From: a candidate division WOR-3 bacterium
GTDB lineage: Bacteria; Hydrothermota; Hydrothermia; LBFQ01
Length of the DNA: 64,000 bases
Direction of reading: 5' to 3'
Assembly: GCA_039802605.1 (NCBI GenBank)
Contig: JBDRWW010000005.1
Location: 36,902-100,901 of the forward strand
The position numbers and the translations under genes are program-made. Of the stretch, positions 10,295-19,617 are shown piece after piece. Under the pieces are notes generated by a model. The model worked only from the letters and a program-made list of their open reading frames with translations, was not told the origin of the DNA and did not search any database. Every line of letters begins with the position of its first letter. Position 1 is the stretch's first letter.

Positions 10295-10723
10295 TTGGAA
10301 AAGTTGGAGCACTCCACCTTGGGGGAGCACTATATAGTGGAAGCCTCGGGTTGCAACCCCGAGGTTATAGGGGATATACAAAAGGTTCAAAAGATTTTGG
10401 TTGAGGCGGCGCAAAGGGCAAGGGTCACCATATGGAATATTTCCTTTCACAGGTTTCCTCCCAATGGGGTGAGCGGTGTTATAGTAATTGCGGAATCACA
10501 CATATCAATACACACATGGCCCGAGGTGGGGTACGCCGCCATAGACATATATACCTGCGGTGATAACGCCTTACCAGAAGAAGCGGTAAATTATGCCATA
10601 AAGGAGTTTGGCGCAACGCACGTACATATAACGGAAATTACCCGCGGTATAGACGATGGGGATAGGATTTTCTACCATACAATAGCCACCTGGGAGGAGG
10701 CGACAAAAGAGAAGTTCTTATAA
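10295..10723 (+). CDS. speD: S-adenosylmethionine decarboxylase proenzyme
   Basis: GVSGVIVIAESHISIHTWPE, DIYTCG; SD AAGGAGGT before TTG. Confidence 0.93.
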   Translation: MEKLEHSTLGEHYIVEASGCNPEVIGDIQKVQKILVEAAQRARVTIWNISFHRFPPNGVSGVIVIAESHISIHTWPEVGYAAIDIYTCGDNALPEEAVNYAIKEFGATHVHITEITRGIDDGDRIFYHTIATWEEATKEKFL

Positions 10724-11367
10724 TTATACCCTGTTATAACTGCGTACCGGAACTTATAGAGGTTTTGGATGAATGGAAAATTTTGGGTTATGATATTTTG
10801 GTTGTGGATGACGGGTCAGAAAGTGATGTAAGGGAGGTATGTGAGAGATTTGGGGTTTATTATATCAAACTTGAAAAAAACTACGGTAAGGGATATGCCT
10901 TAAAGGAAGGTTTTAAATGGGGAATGCTTAGGGGGTATAACCTCTTTGCCACGGTTGATGGGGATAGGCAGCATAAGGCAGAAAATTTCCAAAAATTTTT
11001 AGAAGCAATAAAATCGTTTGATATTGTAATCGGAAGTAGAAGGGGTGAAATATCCCGTATGGATTTACCGAGGAAGTTATCAAACCGCATAACGAGTTCC
11101 TTTATCTCCATTATGACGGGTAAAAGGATTGAGGATTCCCAATGCGGTTATAGGCTTATAAAAAGGGAGGTTTTGGAGAAGGTTGAACTAAAAAGGAATA
11201 GATACGACCTAGAATCGGAGCTCTTGGTAAAGGGCATTTGGATGGGTTTCAAGGTGGGTTTTGTCCCCATAAGCGTTGTAAAATCCAAAAAATCCTACAT
11301 AAAACCCCTTAGGGATATATTTTTGGCCATATCCTTAGCTTTGGAGCTGATTTTTTTGAAATCTTAG
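10690..11367 (+). CDS. Family 2 glycosyltransferase (DPM synthase-like)
   Basis: VVDDGS, NYGKG, DGDRQH, DSQCGYR; the N-terminal VLIIIPCYN lies upstream of the ORF-track start, with a probable CTG start at 10690. Confidence 0.85.
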   Translation: MGGGDKREVLIIIPCYNCVPELIEVLDEWKILGYDILVVDDGSESDVREVCERFGVYYIKLEKNYGKGYALKEGFKWGMLRGYNLFATVDGDRQHKAENFQKFLEAIKSFDIVIGSRRGEISRMDLPRKLSNRITSSFISIMTGKRIEDSQCGYRLIKREVLEKVELKRNRYDLESELLVKGIWMGFKVGFVPISVVKSKKSYIKPLRDIFLAISLALELIFLKS

Positions 11368-12038
11368 CGGGGCCTTAAATATCTCTTTATGTCCATTTTT
11401 TGGGACAACACCGCTATTGTCGTCGGCATGAGCCAAATTATTGATATGTCCGTGGAGGTATATCCGTAAAATAGCCATAAGAAAAACCATATTTCGGATA
11501 CCGCATATATTCCAAAGGCTATAAACCTTATGGTCCATGCCCTATCGTAAAATGCGGGTGGGAATATGAGTATGGTGTTTAAAATTCCGAGGAACATATA
11601 CAATATGTTAAAAAATGTGCCAATCCTTGAAACAAAAGCGGGTTCAATTTGGACGGCCAGATAATACGATACAAAGGGTGATAAAAGCAATAGTATAAAT
11701 ATCAACATCAAATACACCCTTGACCCCTCATTCCACATATACCAAGCCGAGCCGGTAAAGAACATAAGGTAAGCACCCATATACAATGCATCGGCGATGT
11801 AGTAAAACTCTTGGGGTAATTTAAAGGAATTTATAAGGGAGTATAGGGCAAGGAATAAAAAACCACCAGCCCAGACCCTTTCAAAAACCCTACCCTCAAC
11901 AAAAGTTATAAAGGAAGATATTAGATAAACAAGCGTTCCCATTTGATATACATAGTTTTCGCTTATCTCCCTCATATAAGGTGAAACGGCCATGGCGGTT
12001 ATCACAAAAATCACAAATACACCCTTAAAAACCCTCAT
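11364..12038 (-). CDS. Multi-pass membrane protein, unknown function
   Basis: About 7 hydrophobic segments; start overlaps the porU stop. Confidence 0.7.
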   Translation of the reverse strand: MRVFKGVFVIFVITAMAVSPYMREISENYVYQMGTLVYLISSFITFVEGRVFERVWAGGFLFLALYSLINSFKLPQEFYYIADALYMGAYLMFFTGSAWYMWNEGSRVYLMLIFILLLLSPFVSYYLAVQIEPAFVSRIGTFFNILYMFLGILNTILIFPPAFYDRAWTIRFIAFGIYAVSEIWFFLWLFYGYTSTDISIIWLMPTTIAVLSQKMDIKRYLRPR

Positions 12039-15000
12039 CTTATTACCACAAACCTTGTAAAGTTTTTCACCTTTTCTTCCCGCGTTTTAGCCTCTACAAG
12101 GGCAACATATATCCCGTTTGAGAGGGAGTTTATCGGAACATTTAAGGAGTTAAAGCCCGGTGGGAGGTTCATAAAATACCGTTCAATGGCCACTTTACCC
12201 GTAGGCGTGTATATCCTTAACCTTACATCGGCGGATTTTGTCAGTTTAAAGGTTATGTAAAAATTACCACCCCTATAAGGGTTTGGGTATGTCAAAAGGT
12301 CAAAAACCCTTAAAGAATCCGAAACGAAGTTTAAATCCCAAATGTTATACCCCCTTATACCTTTTGCGGATGTTATTGATACGCCTATCCTATGGGTTCC
12401 CGGGGATGTGGAAAAATCAAAATCGTAGCTCGCTTCCGCCAAGGTATCGTTTAAAATTTTCACTTCCAAAACATCGGTAAAGGAATTGTCTATTATAATT
12501 CTTGGGGGTGAAGCGTTGTCCCCACTTGTCCTTATATCAAACCCCTCGTGGCTAATAAATTGAAACCTAAGGGTTGTTTTTGCGGGTAAATTCATCCCGT
12601 TTCTTAAACCCTCATCCTTATAAAAGCCCAAAACCTTAGGCCTTTCCGTTCCGATTGTGGAATCGGCATAAGATATAGGGTATAACCCCGCATAACCCCT
12701 ATCCCCCTTCCACCACAAAAGGCTTGCCTTTTGCCAAGCGGATGTATCGGAGGATATATGCCCGCGAAATGGTATCCAAAACCCAATCGTATCCCCTTTT
12801 ACATCCCCGTAAAACATAACTGTCCTTTCCGAGTAGTAAGGGTACTTTACGCTTAAACAGGTAAATGAAACCGTATCAATATCCGGTATATCAAGGACCA
12901 AGAATTTACCATCTTCCGGTATTATTGCCGAATTTTTCGCCCCCCTACGCAGAGTATCGGATATTAAAGGCCCAACACTGTCGGGGAATTTAAGCATTAT
13001 CCCGGGATCCCCTAGGAGAACATAATACCTATCGTTTTTACCAACAAGGGAAAGGTATCCCAACGGCGTTTTACCATAAGTGTTCAGATAAGAGTATATA
13101 GCCCGTGCGTACAAAGCGTTGTTTCCCGCATATGCCAAGGCCGTGGTTGATAAAACCGCTATTCCCCTGTTTTTATGCAACATCATCTCCTCACCCAATA
13201 CATGCTCGGGGTCCAACCTATCATAAGCCCCCACCTTACAAGACAAAACCGTAATAAACGGTTCTCTACCCCTTGTGTTTAGTTTTGGAACATCGTCTAA
13301 GGTAAATAATCTCTCGTGGGCCATTTGGCTGGGATTTCCGTGTATAAAGAAGCTAACCATCAGGACACCGGAGTTTAAAATCCTTATTAAATCCCTAGTG
13401 GCCTTAGGTTTTGTGTATCCTTCAAGGGGATAATTTTGTAAAAGAAAGGGGATCGTGTTTATCCTTGGGGATAGTTGTGGTCTAACGGTATATAAAACAT
13501 CGTATGTATGGAATATTTCGCAAGATGAAGGGCTATCGCTCTTCTCGTCATCGGCAACCAGCATAATCCTATAACGCCAAAAACCATCGTTTATAAGGCT
13601 TTCGTATTCAATAACCTTGTTTATATATTCCGCAAGTTCCGTGTTATCCCTTACGGGTATTCTCCCAATACCTATATCGGAATAGTAATCGCCATCGAAA
13701 TCACCGTAAAAATCGTCATAAGCACCAAAGTTATCGAGATTAACGGATAAACTGGAATCAATGGGATAATATGGGGGAACTTGCTTTGGGAAGTAATTCT
13801 GGGTAAATCCCTTATAATCGTATGTTCCATCCCCAACGAGAACGGCATATAAAGGTTTGTTTCCACCACTCCTTAAAAAAATGTTATACAAAAAGTTCCT
13901 TATAGCCACGGGATCGGGATTTCCCAAAGAGAACTGGGTATATATGTCTTCAAGGTTTATCCACAAAACGGTACCTACGGAATACTCCCAATTTCTACCG
14001 TTAAAAACCGGTATCCTGTTCCTTCTAAAATTTAGGAGTTTCCAAAATGTCCCGGAAAACCCTTTATTCCCTATTGCCACATAATCGGGGGAGATGTTGT
14101 ACAAATCTTGCGACAAATCTATCAACTCAATGGATATAGGTCTCCTCGCAAAGTTTGATAGGTATATCTTAGTCCAACCGTTTGCCGAGTCGTTTATGAA
14201 AAGGTTCCCCGAGGAATAAGTATAACTTTCAATTATTTTGGGATTATACGGGTCTGATACATCCCATACAAACACGGGCCTATTACCCTTTAAATTTACC
14301 GTAAATTTCCCCGAAGCGTTTATAAAGAAAATGCCCTCATTTCCATAAGAGCCGGTTGATATGTATGAAACCTGATAGTAGTCCAGGTATAGGGTTTGGG
14401 AGCCACCAGAGGGTTTTATAACATAATCAACATTGTTGTTTTCGGACAAATTGGGGATGCAGGTTATGGTACGGTAGTTCCTTGGTAAAACCCCAATGGA
14501 ATCGCAAATTTGACCGTTTATTCTTACAACAACGGATGTTATACTATCCGAGAATTCACTATTTGCTATCCTTGTTCTAAATTCAACTCCGGATAAAACA
14601 TCGTTCAATGCAAAGCCGTATGTATAAACCCTCTCGGGGTCGGATGGGTTTCTCGTCATCTCCCTTCCAACCCAGACCCTCCCCTTTTTTCCGGGGTTGT
14701 TTATGTTCTCCTCAAACCTGTAAAACTTAACGGGTTGGGCATAAGGACCCGGAGATGCGGTTATTATCCCCATTCTTCCACCTACTTCCCCACCAATACC
14801 CAAAAAATAATAGGTGGTATCGGTATAAGGATTTTCAAAATAGACAACATTCCCGTTTATTATCCTGAAACCCTTTTGAGATTCACCCCAGAAAAGGACC
14901 CTTCTCCCGGCTTCATCAATCCAAATGGGAACTTCATATTTTTGGGGAAATGCGGAATCCAAGGGCGATTTAAGGGTATCAAGGAGGGCTATCATTTTAA

Positions 15001-15448
15001 GGGTTTGCAACGGATAAGAATTTATGTTTATGCCAAGTTTTTCTATCTCCGAAAATGGGATTTCGTATATTCCGCTTTTTGTTATTTTAACCTTTATCCA
15101 AACTTCGGATTTTGAAAAGGGGTTTTGGGGAGCGCTTTGGGGTCTAAATACCAGGTATTCCACCCATTCCTCTTTGGGATTTAAAACCGAGTTTAAAATT
15201 ATATGAGTCCTAAAATCCTTAATCTTTGAGGGTTTAACCTTTGGCTCGGGGAATACCACTTCAACCTTCCCATCCTTATAGGCCTTTATTTCAACATACC
15301 TAACCCCAAAGGAATAACCTTCTCTATGTTCGCACTTATTACAAATAACGGTGTAGGAAACCTTTGGCGGAATTTGAACTTTAAAGGTTTCATATGGCTT
15401 ACCTTTAAGGGAAACTTCAAATGAGAAGTTTGAAATAATCCATACCAT
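12035..15448 (-). CDS. porU: T9SS sortase PorU-like, peptidase C25 family
   Basis: WIKVKITKSGIY, NPYTDTTYYFL, DPVAIRNFL, VGDGTYDYKG, GIGRIP, catalytic HG (FFIHGNP) and Cys (LSCKVG), CTD YPNPY...SNGIYV. Confidence 0.85.
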   Translation of the reverse strand: MVWIISNFSFEVSLKGKPYETFKVQIPPKVSYTVICNKCEHREGYSFGVRYVEIKAYKDGKVEVVFPEPKVKPSKIKDFRTHIILNSVLNPKEEWVEYLVFRPQSAPQNPFSKSEVWIKVKITKSGIYEIPFSEIEKLGININSYPLQTLKMIALLDTLKSPLDSAFPQKYEVPIWIDEAGRRVLFWGESQKGFRIINGNVVYFENPYTDTTYYFLGIGGEVGGRMGIITASPGPYAQPVKFYRFEENINNPGKKGRVWVGREMTRNPSDPERVYTYGFALNDVLSGVEFRTRIANSEFSDSITSVVVRINGQICDSIGVLPRNYRTITCIPNLSENNNVDYVIKPSGGSQTLYLDYYQVSYISTGSYGNEGIFFINASGKFTVNLKGNRPVFVWDVSDPYNPKIIESYTYSSGNLFINDSANGWTKIYLSNFARRPISIELIDLSQDLYNISPDYVAIGNKGFSGTFWKLLNFRRNRIPVFNGRNWEYSVGTVLWINLEDIYTQFSLGNPDPVAIRNFLYNIFLRSGGNKPLYAVLVGDGTYDYKGFTQNYFPKQVPPYYPIDSSLSVNLDNFGAYDDFYGDFDGDYYSDIGIGRIPVRDNTELAEYINKVIEYESLINDGFWRYRIMLVADDEKSDSPSSCEIFHTYDVLYTVRPQLSPRINTIPFLLQNYPLEGYTKPKATRDLIRILNSGVLMVSFFIHGNPSQMAHERLFTLDDVPKLNTRGREPFITVLSCKVGAYDRLDPEHVLGEEMMLHKNRGIAVLSTTALAYAGNNALYARAIYSYLNTYGKTPLGYLSLVGKNDRYYVLLGDPGIMLKFPDSVGPLISDTLRRGAKNSAIIPEDGKFLVLDIPDIDTVSFTCLSVKYPYYSERTVMFYGDVKGDTIGFWIPFRGHISSDTSAWQKASLLWWKGDRGYAGLYPISYADSTIGTERPKVLGFYKDEGLRNGMNLPAKTTLRFQFISHEGFDIRTSGDNASPPRIIIDNSFTDVLEVKILNDTLAEASYDFDFSTSPGTHRIGVSITSAKGIRGYNIWDLNFVSDSLRVFDLLTYPNPYRGGNFYITFKLTKSADVRLRIYTPTGKVAIERYFMNLPPGFNSLNVPINSLSNGIYVALVEAKTREEKVKNFTRFVVIR

Positions 15449-16174
15449 TTATCCCCAAATTCCGGTAATCGTGGGAAGCCAGTTGTTTAACAAAAAGTAT
15501 ATCCTCCCCAATAGTAGGGATATCCTTCCCATAACCGTATAACCGAACGAGGCCCCAAATGCTATCATTATAAAAACTATACCCAACCTTACGATCGGCT
15601 TCATAATACCCTTATGCTCCGTTGAGAAAAAGAAGTAAAGGATTGATGTTATAACACCTACGAAGAATACCCAGTTTGAAAAAACCGTCCAAAAGCTTTC
15701 CCCCCAAAGGGGTAAAAATGTCGCCCTTATTTGGGGAATTATAAAACCTTGAAATGTAGCCGTTAAACCTATACCCGTATATATACCAATAGTGTAAGCC
15801 AATGGGTATAAAGCAAGCCATCTAAGGTTTGGGGCTATGTATCCGAAAATTTCAAGTTTTGTAAGTATTAAAAGTCCGAGTATTACCCCCACTATCACCG
15901 CAAATTGCCCCCAAGACAAAAAGGCGACTTTCTGACCAAAGAGGTATATTTCTCCGAACTTATAAATCATATACTTTGTATCCAACAAACCGTTCTGTAT
16001 TTGTGGCCATATAGCCTGCTGCAAGGTATTAATTATTCCATATCCGGCCGAAACTCCGACAAATATGTGTTCCGCAAGCCTATAAAAGGGGTTTTCCTTG
16101 AAAATCAAAGAGAGTATTGCAAATGTCAGTAAAGCCGCTACCCATATACCCACTATATCCCAGAAACCGTTCAT
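15449..16174 (-). CDS. Conserved hypothetical multi-pass membrane protein
   Basis: ENPFYRLAEHIFVGVSAGY and FGASFGYTVMGR motifs; about 6-7 TM segments. Confidence 0.75.
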   Translation of the reverse strand: MNGFWDIVGIWVAALLTFAILSLIFKENPFYRLAEHIFVGVSAGYGIINTLQQAIWPQIQNGLLDTKYMIYKFGEIYLFGQKVAFLSWGQFAVIVGVILGLLILTKLEIFGYIAPNLRWLALYPLAYTIGIYTGIGLTATFQGFIIPQIRATFLPLWGESFWTVFSNWVFFVGVITSILYFFFSTEHKGIMKPIVRLGIVFIMIAFGASFGYTVMGRISLLLGRIYFLLNNWLPTITGIWG

Positions 16175-16410
16175 CTTTTACCTTTTTTGAGGTTTTCCAC
16201 CTCTTTGTAAAGGATTTCGTAGTTCTTTTCCAAAGCCTTTACCTTACCCACGGCGGATGAAACTTCCCCGTTTGCCTCGCTTAACTCGTTTCTCAACCTA
16301 TTAACCTCTATTTCCAACTTTGTTATCCTCTCCTCAAACTTTTTAACATCCCTTCCCGAAGAACAACCCGCAATAACAAAAAGAGACAATAAAAAAATCA
16401 ACCTTTTCAT
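16171..16410 (-). CDS. Small coiled-coil lipoprotein
   Basis: MKRLIFLLSLFVIAG-C lipobox, heptad pattern, basic C-terminus. Confidence 0.75.
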   Translation of the reverse strand: MKRLIFLLSLFVIAGCSSGRDVKKFEERITKLEIEVNRLRNELSEANGEVSSAVGKVKALEKNYEILYKEVENLKKGKR

Positions 16411-16782
16411 TCAAAACCAATCCAAACCCTTATACCTATAGGCGTACATCCATCCACCCATTAATATGCTTACAAAAACTACAACAGCCCAAAAGGACAG
16501 GATTGGAGCAACCGAGGTGTATGATACTATCCATGGGAGGAAAAATGCTATTTCCACATCGAAGAGTAAGAACATGAGGGCTATCGGGAAGTACCTTATG
16601 AAATACCTTTTACGGGCTTCGTCCATCGGTTTTTCACCGGATTCATACGGTTCATACTTTTGGGGTTCGGGTATGGCCCTCGGACGGAGGATTTTGTATA
16701 TAACAAGCATTCCAGCTATGGCCAAAAATCCGAGTAAGAAGAAGATCCCCAAGGAGGTTAAATTTATCCAGAAGTTTTCCAA
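16411..16782 (-). CDS. nuoA: NADH-quinone oxidoreductase subunit A (copy 1, orphan)
   Basis: KYEPYESGE, RYFPIALMFLLFDVE, KGLDWF; TTG start. Confidence 0.9.
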   Translation of the reverse strand: MENFWINLTSLGIFFLLGFLAIAGMLVIYKILRPRAIPEPQKYEPYESGEKPMDEARKRYFIRYFPIALMFLLFDVEIAFFLPWIVSYTSVAPILSFWAVVVFVSILMGGWMYAYRYKGLDWF

Positions 16783-16784
16783 TG

Positions 16785-16857
16785 CTCCCCGGGCAGGATT
16801 CGAACCTGCGACCCCCCGGTTAACAGCCGGGTGCTCTACCTGCTGAGCTACCGGGGA
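16785..16857 (-). tRNA. tRNA-Asn(GTT), CCA not encoded
   Basis: TCCCCGG acceptor, CCGG-CTGTTAA-CCGG anticodon arm, GGTTCGAATCC, discriminator G; TATAAT box at 16870-16875. Confidence 0.96.
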
Positions 16858-16929
16858 GCGTAGTAGGGTATTATAAGGGTGAAAGGGTTTTGGGTTAGGG
16901 TAGTTTTTCCGTAATATAATTCCCGGATT

Positions 16930-17517
16930 ATGAAAAGGTATTTAAAGGCTGGGGAAAAGCTCTTGCTCAACCATCCGTTTTATAAGGATTGGGAAAGCGG
17001 AAGGTTATCCGAAAGGGATCTGGCAATATACTCCGCAGAATACGAGCATTTTATAAAAGGGATCTTACCCCTTGCTTGGAAAGAATTGAGATATAACAAT
17101 ATCTACGAGGAGGAATTGGAACATGCGGAACTTTGGAAGGTATTCGGCAATTCGGTAAATTATACTCCTACCAAAACCCCACAAACCGACGGTATGAAAA
17201 GGTTAATTCAAAAGTTCAACTCCATAAAACATAACAAACCCTCCCTAATAGGATTCCTTTACGCCTTCGAACATCAACAGCCGGAGGTATCAAAGAGCAA
17301 ACTTCAAGGCTTGGAAAAATGGTTTAACATCCCGGATAAAGGCAAGGAGTACTTTTTATTACACGCCAGAAATACGGAGGAAAAGGGGATTTTGGAGAAC
17401 CTTATAAACTCTATGAACAACGATGAATTCTCCAAATGCGAGGAAACATTTGAGGAAACCATAAACATCTTGTGGGATGTTTTAACCGATATACAAAACC
17501 TTTGCCTTAAAGGTTGA
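16930..17517 (+). CDS. CADD/PqqC/TenA heme-oxygenase-like fold protein
   Basis: HPFYKDW..G.L, EE..HAELW, LYAFE.Q, EYFLLH. Confidence 0.75.
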   Translation: MKRYLKAGEKLLLNHPFYKDWESGRLSERDLAIYSAEYEHFIKGILPLAWKELRYNNIYEEELEHAELWKVFGNSVNYTPTKTPQTDGMKRLIQKFNSIKHNKPSLIGFLYAFEHQQPEVSKSKLQGLEKWFNIPDKGKEYFLLHARNTEEKGILENLINSMNNDEFSKCEETFEETINILWDVLTDIQNLCLKG

Positions 17518-17933
17518 GGGAACAACTCCTGAAATTTTTAGATGAAAGGTTTGGAATAGGGGAGGATGTTTTTAAGGGTTTTAAGTTTGTACAAAGGGGG
17601 GATGATGTTTGGATAATGTCGCAGGATATACCGGATAACCTAAAAGACATAAATAGGGCGGGTTTGAGGTTTGCGAGGGGGGTTTCAAGGAATATAAAGA
17701 TAACAACGGCCGTCATCCAGCTCTTCGGTAAATACGCCACAAAAAATGTGGTTAATATATCGGAGGAACACCTATGGGATTTTCTCGCGGGAAGGGATAT
17801 AATTGTTGGAAAATTGGAAGGCGTTGAAAGGGGTCAGGTTATAGTGAAATTCGGGGAAGATGTTTTGGGTTTGGGTTTGTACGACGGTGAGAAAATTAAA
17901 AATCAAATACCCAAGGCCAGAAGAATAGTTTAG
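17514..17933 (+). CDS. Stand-alone NIP7/RsmF C-terminal PUA-like RNA-binding protein
   Basis: RAGLRF, QLFGKYATKNVV, FLAGRDI, LGLG..GEKIKNQIPKARR. Confidence 0.65.
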   Translation: MREQLLKFLDERFGIGEDVFKGFKFVQRGDDVWIMSQDIPDNLKDINRAGLRFARGVSRNIKITTAVIQLFGKYATKNVVNISEEHLWDFLAGRDIIVGKLEGVERGQVIVKFGEDVLGLGLYDGEKIKNQIPKARRIV

Positions 17934-18220
17934 AGTATGTCAAAGGATATGGGTTCTATACTCTTCTTTATCCCGAGGATTTCAAAGTTTTCATCAACCT
18001 TATCTATGATCCTCTCCAATATGGAATCCAAAACGCTCGCGGTATTCCCCACAACGACATAAACAACGGTTGCCAGTTGCCATTTATCGTGATTGTCAAT
18101 TTCGGAGAACGCCGCATTAAAATCCCGGGAAATACTTCGCAATGTATAAAGGTATTTCCTCTTTTCCTTTAACGACCTAACAAAGGGGAGGTGTATTTCC
18201 AAAACCAATATTCCCAACAT
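17930..18220 (-). CDS. DUF503 (YlxP) family protein
   Basis: LHLP..RSLKEKR, FNAAFSE...DKWQ. Confidence 0.85.
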   Translation of the reverse strand: MLGILVLEIHLPFVRSLKEKRKYLYTLRSISRDFNAAFSEIDNHDKWQLATVVYVVVGNTASVLDSILERIIDKVDENFEILGIKKSIEPISFDIL

Positions 18221-18221
18221 C

Positions 18222-19166
18222 TTACGATTTTATAGCCGAAGCCCTTATGTATATACAGTCCCCATCTTTAACCACATAATCCCTACCCTCCAACCTTATG
18301 AAGTTTTTCTCCCTTGCCCCCTTCCAACCCCCATACTTTATAAGTTCTTCCCAGTTTATAACCTCCGCCTTTATAAATGTGCGGGCTAAATCCTTGTGTA
18401 TCTTACCGGCGGCATCAACCGCGGTTGAGCCCTTTTCCAACAACCAGCCCCTAACCTCCTTTTCCGAAGGTGTAAAGAAAACTATAAGTTGTAGGATTTC
18501 AAGGAGTTTTTGGAAAAGTTTTTCCGTAATATCATCAACATCGTCTTTTAAAACATTGAAAAGGAGATACGGGAGGTTTTGGCTTTTGAGTTCTTCATAT
18601 ACCGAATCCTCTATTTTGGAGTTTTCGGTAATGTTTAGAACTACCAAGCGGGGTTTTAACGAAAGGAATCCATAGCCTTTTAAGATCTTTCTTTCTTCAT
18701 CGGAAAAATCACCGGAGTTTAACGGTATCCCTTCGGATATGATTTTATAAGCCTTTTCCAAAACCCCTAAAACCTTTTCATCCCCCTTACCTACGGCAAC
18801 CTCTTTTTTTAATCTCTGTATATTCCCCTCTAAAACTTCGGATTCTATGCTCAGAAATTTCAGCGTTGTATCCGTAAATGTGGTAAAGTTTTCGGTCAAT
18901 CCTCCTACAACCTCAATAAAGGCGTCGGCATTAACGAGTTGTTGAAATAACGACCTCTCCTTTCCGTATGAAAACATCTTGCCAAGGGCATCGGAATCGT
19001 AAAGGTTTATGAAGGGTGGGGTAATCTTTTTTGGTTTGAAGAAATCAACAAGTGTTTTGAGCCTTTTATCGTTAAGCTTTAAAGAACCAACACCTTTGCC
19101 ACCCGTTAGCCTATACAAAAGCGTACTTTTCCCCGTAAAGGGGGAACCGATTATATAAACATCCAT
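18222..19166 (-). CDS. YchF-like (DUF933) P-loop protein, divergent
   Basis: GSPFTGKST, LSLKP, FFT...EVRGW, AAGKIHKDL..FIKAEV, RLEGRDYVVKDGD. Confidence 0.8.
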   Translation of the reverse strand: MDVYIIGSPFTGKSTLLYRLTGGKGVGSLKLNDKRLKTLVDFFKPKKITPPFINLYDSDALGKMFSYGKERSLFQQLVNADAFIEVVGGLTENFTTFTDTTLKFLSIESEVLEGNIQRLKKEVAVGKGDEKVLGVLEKAYKIISEGIPLNSGDFSDEERKILKGYGFLSLKPRLVVLNITENSKIEDSVYEELKSQNLPYLLFNVLKDDVDDITEKLFQKLLEILQLIVFFTPSEKEVRGWLLEKGSTAVDAAGKIHKDLARTFIKAEVINWEELIKYGGWKGAREKNFIRLEGRDYVVKDGDCIYIRASAIKS

Positions 19167-19597
19167 TAAAGGAGTTCGGCGTTAAGGACTATTTCCGGAA
19201 CACCTCCCAAGGCAACGGATACAGGGCAACCCTTTTTTGCCTGCTCGGCAAATTTTAAAAATGTTTCCCAATCTATACCCTCAACCCTTGCCTTTGTATT
19301 TAAAACGATTTTTGTAATCCTAGGACCCTCTTCCTTCATCTCCAAATAAACCTCGGCTTCCGTTGAAACCTCATTAACCTTATAACCGTTCTTTTCCAAG
19401 GTCGCGGATAGGGCCATACTAAAACAACCCGCATGAGCCGCCGCTATTAACTCCTCGGGGTTCGTACCCTCACCGCTTTCAAACCTTGAAGCAAAGGTAA
19501 AGGGACCCTCAAACCAACCCCTACCCACAACCATTTTACCCTTTCCATCCCTTAAACCGCCAGACCATACGGCCGATGATTTTCTGATTATCGCCAT
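19166..19597 (-). CDS. osmC: OsmC peroxiredoxin
   Basis: GTNPEELIAAAHAGCFSMAL, AKKGCPVS. Confidence 0.95.
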   Translation of the reverse strand: MAIIRKSSAVWSGGLRDGKGKMVVGRGWFEGPFTFASRFESGEGTNPEELIAAAHAGCFSMALSATLEKNGYKVNEVSTEAEVYLEMKEEGPRITKIVLNTKARVEGIDWETFLKFAEQAKKGCPVSVALGGVPEIVLNAELL

Positions 19598-19617
19598 AGG
19601 TGGGTATTGTAAGGGCG

